64,000 nucleotides of DNA, taken from the NCBI GenBank assembly GCA_035084275.1, contig CM068742.1, positions 154,690,001 to 154,754,000 of the forward strand, written 5' to 3'. The position numbers were made by a program, and so were the translations under genes. The notes under the pieces are model-generated. The model was given only the letters and a program-made list of their open reading frames with translations. It was not told the origin of the DNA and made no database searches. Origin of the DNA: Hydrolagus colliei (taxonomy: Eukaryota). Within the stretch, counting starts at the first letter, position 1. Each line of letters starts with the position of its first letter. Below, in pieces: positions 35,261-48,300 of the stretch.

Positions 35261-38028
35261 AGATTCATAGAATTTTACGGCACAAAAGGAGGCCATTTGG
35301 CCCATCTAGTCTGTGCCGGCTCTTTGAAAAGAGCGATTGAATCCCACTGCCCTGCCCGCTCCCCATAGCCTAATAGACCTGTTCTCCCTAAATAAAGATC
35401 TAATTCCCTTTTAAAAGTTGTTATCGAATCAGCCTCCACCACCTTTTCAGGCAATGCATTCCAGATTCGAACAACTCGCTGAGTGAAAACATTTCTCCTC
35501 AGCTCCCCTCTACTTCGCCTTGAAACTATTTTAAATCTGTGACCACGAGTCACAGATTCGCCCACGAGTGGAAATAGTTTTTCTCTATTTGCCCTGTCGA
35601 AACCCCTCATGATCTTATAAACCTCTATTAGGTCTCCCCTCAATCTTCTCTGCTCCAGAGAGAATAACCCGAGCTTATCTAGTCTCTCCTCATAGCTGAA
35701 GTCCCTCAATCCTGGCACCATCCTAGTATATCTTCTTTGTACCCTTTCTAATGTCTTCACATCCTTTCTGTAGTGTGGTGACCAGAATTGAACACAGTAT
35801 TCCAGCTGAGGCCTCACCAAAGTTTTATAGAGATTAGTCAGCACTTCCTGACTTTTGTACTCTATACCCATATTTATAAAGCCTAGTATCCCATATGCCT
35901 TCTTAACAGCCTTGTCTACCTGTCCTGCCACCTTCAACGAGTCACTAACACAAATCCCCAGTTCTCTCTGTTCCTTCACACCATTTAAAATTGTACTATC
36001 TAGCCTATATTGCCTCCCTTCATTTCTTCTCCCAAAATGCATCACCTCACACTTCTCTGCATTAAACTTCATCTGCCATGTGTCTGCACACTTTAGCAAT
36101 TTGTCTATATCCTCTTGCAGATGGCTACTATCCTCCTCACTATTTACTATTCTCCCTAACTTAGTGTCATCTGCAAACTTGGAAACTGTACTCCCTACAC
36201 CCAAGTCCAGATCATTGATGCAGATTACAAAGAGCAATGGTCCCAAAACCGATCCCTGTGGCACACCACTGCTCACTTCCCTCCAGTCTGAAAAACATCC
36301 GCTCACCACAACTCTCTGCTTTCTGTCTCGCAGCCAATTGTGGATCCACGCTGCCACTGTCCCTTTTACGCCATGGGCCTTTAATTTCCTAATAAGTCTC
36401 TCACGTGGCACTTAGTCAAATGCCTTTTGGAAGTCCATGTAAACTACATCGACTGCGCTACAATTAACCACCCATTCCGTTACCTCATCAAAAAATTCTA
36501 TCAGATTTGTAAGGCAAGATTTGCCTTTAACAAATCCATGTTGACTGTCCTTTATTAGCCTATATCTTTCTAAGTGAAGATCTATCTTGTCCCTGATTAT
36601 GGACTCTAGAAGTTTGCCCACTACTGACGTTAGACTAACTGGTCTGTAGTTACCAGGATTGTCCTTCTTCCCCTTTTTATACAAGGGAGTAACATTAGCT
36701 ATCCTCCAGTCCTCTGGCACGACCCCTGTGTCCAAGGAAGATTGAAAGATCGTGGCCAGAGTCCCTGCTATTTGCTCCCGTGCCTCACTTAGTAACCTAG
36801 GGTGCATCCCATCCGGACCAGGTGACTTATCCACCTTGAGCGACGTCAACCTTTTTAGAACTTCCTCTCTGGTTATAATTATTCTATTCATTTCTCCTAC
36901 CCTCTCCTCTAATACCATGGCATTGGCTGTATCCTTTTCTTTTGTGAAGACAGAGGCGAAGTACTCATAAAGTGCATCAGCCATGCCCTCTGCCTCCACA
37001 ATGAGATTTCCTCCTGGGTCCCTAATTGGCCCCTCCCTATCCTTGACCAACCTTTTACTCTTAATATGTTGGTAAAAAACCTTAGGGTTCCCCTTAATCT
37101 TACTCGCTAATTGTTTCTCATGCTGTCTCTTTGCCCTTCTAACTTGCTTTTTTAGTTCTATCCTACACTTCCTATATTCTGCTTGGTTCCCTTCTGAATT
37201 TTGAGCCTGACACTTATCATAAACCTCTTTTTTTTGGATTATTTTGGCCCCGATTGCCTTAGTCATCCAGGGAGGATTGGATGCCTTACATTTCACCTTT
37301 GTGGGGATGCTTTTCACCTGTGCCTGAACTATCTCCTCTTTGAACACTGCCCATTGCTCCTTAGTTGTCTTACCTGCCAAAAAAAAATTCCAATCCACCT
37401 TGGCTAGGTCCCACCTCATCTCATTGAAATTAGCCCTTTTCCAGTTGAGTGTCCTCACCTGTGATCGTTCCTTATCCCTTTCCATAATTATTCTGAATCT
37501 AACGATATCTTGGTCACTATTCCCTAGATGCTCACCTACAGAAACCTGTTGAACTTGCCCTACCTCATTTCCCAAAACTAGATCCAGCAATGCTTCTTTC
37601 CGCGTTGGACTGGACACATACTGATCAAGAAAGTTGTCCTGCACACACTTCAGGAATTCTTCTCCCGCCTTGCCCTTTACTCTACTATTCTGCCAGTCTC
37701 TGTTGGGATAGTTGAAGTCACCCATTATCACTACTCTATTAGCTCTGCATTTCTCCGTGATACGCTTGCAGATCTGCTTCTCTATCTCCTCCTCACTATT
37801 TGGTGGTCTATAGTATACCCCTAACAGTGTAACTGCACCTTTTTTATTCCTCATTTCTAATCAGAGAGATTCGGTTTTTAGTCCTTCTTCCACCTCATTC
37901 CTTTCTAAGGCAGTCACTGAGTCCTTAACTAAAATTGCCACCCCGCCCCCTTTTCTCCCTTCTCTATCCGTCCTGAATACATTATAACCAGGAATGTTCA
38001 ACTCCCATTCCTGCCCATGCTTGAGCCA
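35261..38028 (-). mobile_element. 5'-truncated CR1 LINE (partial APE endonuclease + RT)
   Basis: ORF2 is split by two nonsense codons (37861-37863 and 36412-36414). [17 protein letters not shown] and FADDTK motifs, plus a CR1 tail. Confidence 0.95.
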
Positions 38029-39321
38029 AGGATTGGCTGAAGAGAAGGAAGCAGAGGCTTTTGTTAAGCAAACAATGTCATAATATATACTGTATGCTGT
38101 AGTGCAGTGACCGCTTGCCTCACAACAACAACAAACTGACATTTGTATTGTGCCTTTCATGTCACAAGCAAGAGAGCTGGGTTCAATTCCCAGCAGGGTG
38201 AAATGTTGGCCGAGTTTCCTTACTCCACAAGCCTCTATTTAACAAGCCAGTAAGTGGGAACCTGGTTGTTAGTCGATTGGTGAATTGCTTTTCTGGGAAT
38301 AATAATTGGTTTAAAAAAATTAAAAATTAATTGACCAATTCAATCAATGATTGTTTGTGGAATACTTCTGTGCTGAATTGTCTGCTGTGCTGCCACAAAA
38401 CATAGTCAAGTCACCTTACAGTTTATTCTGTGAAGATCTTTGAGACGACAAATGCACACGATTATTAATGATGACCTGGAGTTGTCGACTTAGTGTAATA
38501 TCATCAAGATAATGGGACGGTGGAAGGGTTAGTGTTGGGAAGAACAGTACAGAGGCTCAGAACAAAGCAGGCGTGGGGGGTGGTGCTCAGACAGTGACTG
38601 CAGTACGAGGGGAGGATGGAAATAGAAGAGTGAACAGTTGAGTTAGTGTAAGCAGGAAAGTGAGGGGAAGTGGTGAAGAGATGATGCTGTGCTCTGTCCG
38701 TGGTCCCGTCAGCCTGTGCCACATTTAGGGGTGACCTAACCGGGCAAAGCAATAGGGGAAATAGCAATAGATTATTTCTGCTGATCAGCGAGTTAGTTAC
38801 AAGAGGAACATATCTAAAATCATGACAAAAAAGGAACCAAGGGGAGGTTAGAAACCCTGTCTTTACACAGAAGGGGTGCAATTGTGGAATTCAGTTACAA
38901 AACATAATTAAGGAAAAATCCGTCAAGTCGATATTGGATTTGAATACATGTTTGAAGAGGGGGTGCATTAAAAAGTGGTGGGAGGGCGAGTGTCCCAACT
39001 CCTAGCTCGGGTCCAAATCCCTAATTGTCTAGCGTCTTGGGACTTCCTCCCAACATGAAAGTGCTGTACAATGTCATGTATTTGGGATATAAAGCTGTGG
39101 GCAATGTAAACGAGTATTAAACTTCACCCAGTGAGTGTAACATGGGGCGGGGGCAGAGTTAGTGTTGAAACATTGCAGAAGATAAGACAAGGGTCATGTG
39201 GAGGGGTGGAGCTCTGGTGGTGACAAGGGAAGTGAGGGGAGGAAGGAAAGAGAAGTGTGACCAGCTGTGTCAGTGCGAGGCAGGCGTGCGAGGGGAAGGA
39301 GTGTGTCCTGAGTGAGGGAAG

Positions 39322-42300
39322 ATGATGCTGGGAGCTGTGCTCTGCGCCCTGGTCCTGTCAGCCTCTGCCTTACGTACGTACTTTCCAATCAGTAACTATG
39401 ATAACTGCTCACACGCGATTGTCACCTCAATGCTCGACTCTGGCAACTCCCTCCTTGTCGGCCTCCCCAACTCTTCCCTCCACAAGCTGCAGATAATCCC
39501 AAACTTTGCAGCTCGTGTCCTCTCCCACAACAGGCTGTGTGACCCCCCCATCATCCCTGCCCTTGCCCGGCTCCACTGGCTCCTCGTCCCTCAGAGAATC
39601 GAATTGAAGATCTTCGTACTCACATCCCTCCTACCTCGCTGACCTGCTGATCTATCTGTTACCTCCGTTCAGCATACTCCAGCCTTCTCCATACCTCTAA
39701 CCCAGCCTGCCATTCCTTCTTTGGCGGGCTTTCAGACTCCCTGCTCCCACGCTTTGGAACTCTACCGCATAATCCCTCCAGCTTGCTTCCTTCCTTACCT
39801 CCTTCGAGGCTGGTCTCAAAACCCTCCTTTTTGACACGTCTCTTCAGCTACCGTCCTAACTCTCTCTGCCCACTCTCAATCCCAACCCTGGGTCCTGAGC
39901 CCACCTCCCCCATTCTTGGGTGAGGTGGGAACCTAGGGAACCTCTCCCTACAGGAAAGGCGCTCTACAAATGTGGTAGTTATTGCTGTTTATCTTTTAGT
40001 AGAATGTTTACCGAGTCAGGTGACATTTAGAAATAAGATTCTTGCTATATAAATCAAAGATGTTGTTGTTGTTGTTGTTGTTGTTGTTGTCTTTAACATT
40101 GACAGACCAGCCTCTGAGTGAGTTACTCACTGAGCCTCACAAGGCAAGTGTGTGTTTGTTAACTCTGCCTCCATTTGATTTCCCGAACCTCTCTCTGTTT
40201 TGTCTATGCTGCTTTTCGCTCCCCACTGGAGATCTTTACTCAAATTTGATTCCCAAGAGTTAGTATGAGGTAAACTATCTCTTACTCCCAACGCACATTC
40301 TGGAGTCCACAATACTTTTGTTTCATCCTGCATCAGACATCTGGTTGACAACAAATGATGGTATTTTTATAGTACACCCAGACCAGGATTTTTTTTTTTC
40401 CACAAGCCACCCATTCTAACCCTCTAACCCATCACTCCCCTTTCCCCACACCCTTAATATTCCTCCTCTTCAAACATCTATCCAATTCCCTTTGATAGAC
40501 TTGATGGACGATGCCTGAAATCCAGTTTGTGGCAGATAATTCCACAATTCCACTCATTCTGTGTAAAAACAGGGAAAACCAAAGTGTTTGTTAACTCTCT
40601 GCCTCTAGTTTAGATGTTTTAAGCTCCTCATAGTTCCTTTTTGGCGATGGTATTACATGCGTTCCTCTCGTGACTGTCTGACTGATCTATTGTCAGATCA
40701 GCTAAAATTGTTTGCTATTTCCCCTGTTGTGACTTGTTGTGACCTCTATCTGGTCGTCCCAAACCTTCTCAGTTCTTGAGCCACCAATCTCTCAAATCTC
40801 ACTTCAGATCTGAAACCCCTCATCTCTGGGAAAGTGCCAATAAACTAGGATACTAGGCTTTATAAATAGGGGCATAAAGTACAAAAGTCAGGAAATTCTG
40901 ACTAAACTCTACAAGACTTTGGTTAGGCCTCAGCTAGATTACTGTGTACTATTCTGGTCACCACACTTTAGGAAGGATGTTAAGGCTTTGGAAAAGGTGC
41001 AGAGGAGATTTACTAGGATGGTACCAGGAATGAGGGACTTCAGCTATGAGGAAAGGCTAGAGAGACTAGGTTTATTCTCATTGGAATAAAGAGGTTGCGA
41101 GGAGACCTAATAGAGGTTTATAAAATCATGAGGGGATTCGACAGGGTGAATAGGGAAAGACTGTGTCCACTGGTGGGCGAATCAGTGACTGGTGGTCACA
41201 GATTTAAAATAGTTTCAAAAAGAAGCAGAGGGGAGCTGAGGAGAAATGTTTTCACTCAGCGGGTTGTTGGAATCTGGAATGCATTGCCTGGAAAGGTGGT
41301 GGAGGTGATTCATTAACAACTTTTAAGTGAGGTAGACATATATTTGGGGTGGATGGGTTTGTGAGGTTATGGAGAGAGAGCTGGGGAGTGGGATTAAATT
41401 GCTCTTTTTAAAGTGCCGGCACAGACTCAATGGGCAGAATGGCCTCCTTTTGTGCCGTAAGATTCTTTGTATTTTTTTCATTGTTTTTATATCCTTTTTT
41501 ACAGGGATCCCCAAACTGTCTACAGTACTCCCAGCTGTGACCTAACCAAGCTCTTGTGCAAGCTCAGTGTTGCCTGTTTGCTTTTATATTGTGTTCTGGT
41601 TCACATTACACCATGTGTGTCCTCACAGGGATCAGTGTGAATGGCTGGACAATGGAGACCCTGATACAGTGACTGGCAGGTTAGGGTCACCAGTCATCAT
41701 GTACTGCAAGTTCACTCACCCTCACCCCAGATACACAGGCAACATCACCATCATGTGGAAGGGAGGCTGGGCTGGTCCTGTGTATTTTAAATATACAAAC
41801 TATAGGCTGGATTCACAAGGAAAGTATCAAAATGTCATTGATGTAAATGAGGGAGATCGACACCGAGTGATTGGGAACCCGAGGAAGAACGACGCTACAA
41901 TAAAGATAAACCAGCTGAGGGGAGAGGACACTAATAAGCTGTTCTCCTGTCGTGTGGAGCTCCAGGGTGAGGACGAAAATGTTGAAACTGGCCCCAGAAC
42001 ACGTCTATATGTTACAGGTGAGGAACGATGGGAAGTGGGAATCATTCCTGACTAGTGCCGGAGTCAGTGGGAAGTATCTCACCCAGCATGGGCAATACGC
42101 AGCTAGTGTTCCCAGTGAAGGGAGTTTGTATGAGTTTGTATCAGCCTAATTGACAGGACTTGGAAGTGCAGACTAGTCACTTGGGGCAGGGAATCCTCCC
42201 ACTCATCTTATTAACTGCACTGACCAGCTGGACAAACAATAGCAACTTGCATTTCTATAGCGCCCTTCACGCAGCGTTGTGTCTCAGAGGGCTTTGGGGC

Positions 42301-45300
42301 GCTATTCTGCATTCAGGGCACGATATAGGCACCCTAAACAGCAGGAAGCTTGCCATACAAGCTTGCCAGCTTGTCAATGGCAAACTATGCTGCGGAGTCT
42401 AGTGGTGAAGCAGTTAGAGTACTCGTTTCTCTTTATGTAACAACAACAACAAGTTACACTTATAAAGCGCCTTTCACGTCGGGAGGACGTCCCAAGGCGC
42501 TGCACAGGAGGCGTGTGACCCGAGCTGGGAGGGGAGTGTACGGGAAGGGGTGAAACAAGTAGGGGAGTTCGAAGAATTCGGGGTGGAACAAATATAATTG
42601 TATAATATACAATATATTCTGGTAAGTATATATACAGTATATTCTGCAAATGTTTTGAAATTAATAAATGATGTGACATGGTGCTATATCAAATACAAGT
42701 ATTATTATACTGTTTTAATTGGGTGAACTACCAACAGTTAATCCAACACATACACTGGGATCCTCAAACCTTGTACTAGTCAAAATGTGGATAATACTCT
42801 CTGAATTAGATACTCTGAGTGTATATATATCTACATATATATATGGAACTCTCACTAGTTAAGTTATTCTTAACAATGGTGACATATTTCAATACCACAC
42901 AAGAGATTTTCATGTATGTTGGTCATTCATTTCATAACCTTTGAGATCTCTGATTAGACTAAACTAACTGCGAAAGAGTCACTATAGCTATGTGTAACAA
43001 ATTCTTATATTTACTTTTACACTATCACATTTTCTACACATCTTAAAGCACTTTACAGAATACACTATAACGTGAATTGAATGTATCTTTTGTTGGCAAA
43101 CTACAGCAGCCAATTGCACAGAGTGCCTTCCCACAAACAGTGACAAAATCTTTGTTTGAAGAATTATTACCAAGCAAAGAAATACGCCAATCGAAGAAAA
43201 AATGGGTTCCTATGTACCCTTAGGTAAACAGAGGCATGTGGACTAAGGAAACCTACCCAAAATATTGCCCTTCCCAGGAATCAAACTCAGGTCCTCTATT
43301 TTGTGCGGCAAGTGCTCTAAGCTGCAGGACTTACCAGTAAGAATGTTATCGGTGCTATAAAAAGCCCACGTTTAATGTGTGAGATGGTGCTGCACACAAC
43401 ATCAGAGAGGAGCACAGGCATGAGGGAGATGGTGCCATGAAATGCAGAAATATACAGGATTTCACAGGGTGTAACATGTACTGTGTCACACTGACTGCTC
43501 TGCATTATTCCAATCCTCTTCCTGTCTCAGGTCATGAAGAGAAGCTCCCATCAGTGACTGGTACCAAGGGAGGTGATGCCACACTGCCCTGCTCCTTCAC
43601 CAGGCCCAACACATACCAGAATCCTAGCACAGTCACAGTGATTTGGAGGAGAGGGAGGCCAAAAGGGCAGCCACTTGCTAATGACACTCTTGACCTTTCC
43701 GCCCGCTCCGACCCCAGGGAGTCAGAGACAGTGAATGAAGGAAATCGCTATAACCTGGTCGGGAATGTAAGGGATGGAGATGCTTTCCTGAGGATCAGGG
43801 ACCTGGAGTTAAACGACACCGACCGGTATTTCTGTCACGTACACGTCATGTTTATCTATGGTGGGCACCAACAGGACCATGTGACACAGGACACGTCACG
43901 GCTGCTGGTTGTTGGTAAGAAATCTCTTGTCTCTGTGGGACATGGAAAGGGTGCAGTGGCATTGGTATCAATGCCACTTGCCATTGATACCAAGTGGCAT
44001 TGGTATCAATGGTATTGATACCAATACCATTGGTATTGGTATCAATACCAATGATACCAGTGGTATTGATACCAATACCAATACCGATTGGTATTGGTAT
44101 CGGTCCCAATACCAATCGGTATTGGGACCGATATTGGGGGATCGGTCCCAATACCGATCCCCCAGGGATCGGTATTGGGACCACTGCACTTTTTAATATA
44201 TATTAATGATCTGGACTTGGGTGTAGGGAGCACAGTTTCCAAGTTTGCAGATGATACTAAGTTAGGGAAAATAGTAAATAGTGAGAATAGTAAATAGTAA
44301 CCATCTGCAATAGGATATAGATAAAATGGTAAAGTGGGCAGGCACATGGCAGATGAAGTTTAATGCAGAGAAGTGCGAGGTGATACATTTGGGGAGAAGA
44401 AATGAGAGGAGGCAATATAGGCTAGAGAGTACAATTTTAAGGGGTGTGAGGGAACAGAGAGACCTTGGGATTTGTGTTAGTGACTCTTTGAAAGTGGCAG
44501 GACAGGTAGTCAAAGCTGTTGGATATGGGATACTAGGCTTTATAAATAGGGGTATAGAGTACAAAAGTCAGGAAGTGCTGACTAACCTCAACAGAACTTT
44601 GGTTAGGCCTTAGCTGGAGTATTGTGTCCAATTCTGGTCACCACATTTTAGAAAGGATGTTAAGGCATTGGAAAGGGTGCAAAGAAGGTTTACTAGAATG
44701 GTACCAGGATTGAGGAACTTCAGTTATGGGGAAAGGCTAGATAGGCTAGGTTTATTCTCTTTGGAACAGAGGAGGTTGAGAGGAGACCTAGTAGAGGTTT
44801 ATAAAATCATGAGGGGATTCGACAGGGTGAATAAGGAAAAACTGTTTCCACTTGTGGTCACAGATTTAAAATAGTTTAAAACGAAGCAGAGGGGATATGA
44901 GGAGAAATGTTTTCACTCAGCGGGTTGCTGGAATCTGGAATGCATTGCCTGAAAAGGTGGTGGAGGCCGCTTCCATAACAGCTTTTAAAGAGAATTAGAT
45001 CTTTAATAAGGGAGAACAGGTCTGTTAGGTTATGGGGAGAGAGCTGAGCAGTGGAATTGAGTTGCTCTTTTCAAAGAGCCTGCACAGACTAGATGGACTG
45101 AATGGCCTCCTTTTGTGCTGTAAAATTCCATGATCTTATGATTCTATGATTCCTTACCCTGTGCCTCACATGCTAATTAGCAGAAGAAACATGTATTTTA
45201 TTGGGGGGCATGGATTCTTCCCACATCTCCCATTAACCCTACAGACAAAGTTAGGGTGATCCTAGCTGGACAAGCAGCAGTATCTTGCCAATGACATGTA

Positions 45301-48300
45301 ATGTGGTTTTCACAAGATCACAGGATTGGTCTGAATGAAGAAAGACCATCCTATTTTATCCTTATGGAACCTCCCCAATTGCCCCCTAATCATTACCAAC
45401 CCCAAAACCAGTATCAAGCGGAGTCTAAAAGTCTGCAATTGCTCTGCCTGAAGGCAAATTGGATAGATACGTAAAAAGGAAACATTTTCAGGGCTCTGGG
45501 GTAAGAGCGAGACAGTGGGACTAGTTGGTAGCTTAGTACATCCTGTAGCTTGGCGCACTTGCCTTGCAAGCCAGAGGACCTGGGTTTGATTTTTGCAGAG
45601 GGCAAAACATTGGGCAAACTACCTTACTCCACATGCCTCTGTTTACCCAGCAATATGTACAAATCCAGTTGTTAGTTGATTGGCAGATAATTTTCTGGGT
45701 ATAATAATCTCTTAAAATTTGGTCAATCACTACTGGGGGGAAATTAGCTACTGGATTTCACCCACAAAAATATACAATCAATTCACTTGACAGTATATTC
45801 TGTGAAATGCTTTGAGATGTCTAGAAGATGAGAAAAACTCTATATTAAATGCAATTATTATTACTAGTATTAGTAGTAAATATAAGGATGATTATGTACT
45901 TTAGCTCTTTCAAAGAGCTGTTGCAGAGACAATGGGTGAAATGGCATTCTTCCTGCTATAAGATTCTGTGATATTAATAAGGAATGATTAAGTATTTGAA
46001 CATTATCAACGAAAAAGTACATGAAAAAAGCAGACAATGGGATTAGACAGAAAACAACAACAACAAAATTACATTTGTATAATGTCTTCCATGTTTCTTT
46101 CATGGGATGACATCCCACACATACCATTGAGTAAGTGACTATCAGCAGATATGATGGTGAAAGTTATTTAATCAGAATAACTCTGTGTTTCTTTATACCC
46201 AAAGCTCCGGCCATCATCCTGACTCTGTCCCTCGTGGCTGGTGATGGAGCCGGAGGTGGCATCGTGTGCACGGCTGAGGGGGAACCACCAGCCACCATCA
46301 CATGGATCGACCCCCAGAATAACACGCTGCCCGTCAACAACCACACGTCAATCACACATATACCAGACACACATCTAACCGTGGGGGAAATATGGGGCCT
46401 GAGGCTGAGGGGAACTTATTGCTGTGTAGCTGAGAACACACAGGGCAATGACACCCGAGACATTCTCACTCCTGGCCCACAGAGTGTTGGGGACAGGGAG
46501 AGCGATGGGGACAGGGAGAGCGATGGGGACAGGGAGAGCGATGGGGACAGGGAGAGCGATGGGGACAGGGAGAGTGGTGGACACAGTAATGTATATGTCG
46601 GGGTCTCCATTGTGGTGCTGCTTGTTCTGCTGATTGCCTTCATTGTCCATTGGGTAAAGAGAGGTAGGTGTTTACAGATGTAGTGATTATGTGGATTTGT
46701 GGATTCCTGTAGCTCAGTGGTCACTGAGTATTCGACTTACAAACATGAGACCTGCGTTCAATTCCAGGCAGGATGAAACATTTGCCAAGTTTCCTTATTC
46801 CACACGCCTGATAATAATCACTCAAATAATCAATAATAAATTGGTCATTTCAATCCATGACTGTTTGTGGGGACTCTACTGTGCGCAATTGGCTGCCACG
46901 TTTCACCCACAAATATACAGTTAATTCACTTTACAGAATATCCTGTGAAGCACTTTGAGACGTCGATAAGATGTGAAAAGCGATATATCAGATGCAAGGA
47001 TTATTATTATTATTCCAAGCGATACCAGCTCAGCCACTCGCATTCTCACCTCTGACTCAGCAAATATTCTGCCATATACACACACTGGGTAACCACATAA
47101 TAATAATAAGCAGAAGGAGAAGAAGAAAAATTCTTGCGTTTGATATTGCCAGCCGGTGGTATATCTGGCTTCCTGTTTAGTAACCATAATTACACCACAC
47201 AATAGGAAGAGAACAGTTTGCCACAAGTCTTTCACTGGAATAACATACACACTTACCAAACCAGCAAAAGATCTAAAACAATATCAAATGAAATAATTAT
47301 TATTAGGATTATTATTATCCCTCACCTTTCTTTGGTCTCTTCAGGTGTCAGAGTTTCCTGCCAGCATTCAGAGAGGTGAGTGTGTCTTTCTAATGCATTT
47401 ACTTTTCCATTGACATTCAAGTTGCCAATGGCTGTTGAGCATCAGGTCCGGCAAGCTTCCTGCGTCTCTTTCCAGCTATGACCACCCCACCCATTGGGGC
47501 TTTGGCTTGTAGGGTTAACAGAAGATGAGTAGGAGGATTCCTTGGCCCCAGTGGCTAATCTTCCCATCCAATTCTAGTCTGACCCCCACCCCACCCATCC
47601 ACTGCCACCACCCAAATGACAACTTGTGTCTCCTTCATGGGGGTAAAGCAGGATCTCCTCACTGCTGAGCTGGCTCCAGGGCAATATTCTTTGCAATATA
47701 ATTTTATTCTATTTAAGAGGTATATCACGACACCTGGAACTCTCAGCTAAAACTACTTGCACTCGTTTCCACCCTTTCAAAACCCTAAATCAATGTGACA
47801 GTGAACAGTTTCTCACTCAACGTGGACTCCTGCCCCTTCTCTCTGAAGTGATTGGGGAAGATCTCTGATATGAAAGACACTGTATAAGTGCAAGTGGCTG
47901 TTCTTGAATCTCCATTGCTCCTCGTCTGTAGCTTTGTATTAACCACCCTGTAATGCGTTGCCTAGAACTCCACACAATCCTGTGGCCGCACTGAGGCTTG
48001 GACCCTTCAGAGAAGAGGCTTTCTCCCTCTGTCCTGGCCAACAATCCCTTCAATAAATTTGATCACTCACTTCACTTCATTCACTTCACTGGTGTTATTC
48101 TCAGTTCTGTAGCTCAGTGGTTAGAGCACTCGCCTTACAAGTGTGAAATCTGTGGTCATATCCAGGCAGGTCAGGGCAAAAGCTTGGGCAAGTTTCCTTG
48201 ATCCACACGCCTAATATAAGCCCTCAAAAAACCCCACAATAATCAAATTGGTCATTTCAATCGACAACTATTTGTGGGACACTGCTGTGCGCAATTGGCT

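Noticed and set aside
43852-44347. Several overlapping Ile/Pro/Gly-rich ORFs
   Set aside because: Products of the fold-back repeat tract and the CR1 fragment, not genes.
46489-46578. CRISPR-like or other prokaryotic repeat array
   Set aside because: It is a head-to-tail coding minisatellite without spacers in vertebrate DNA.
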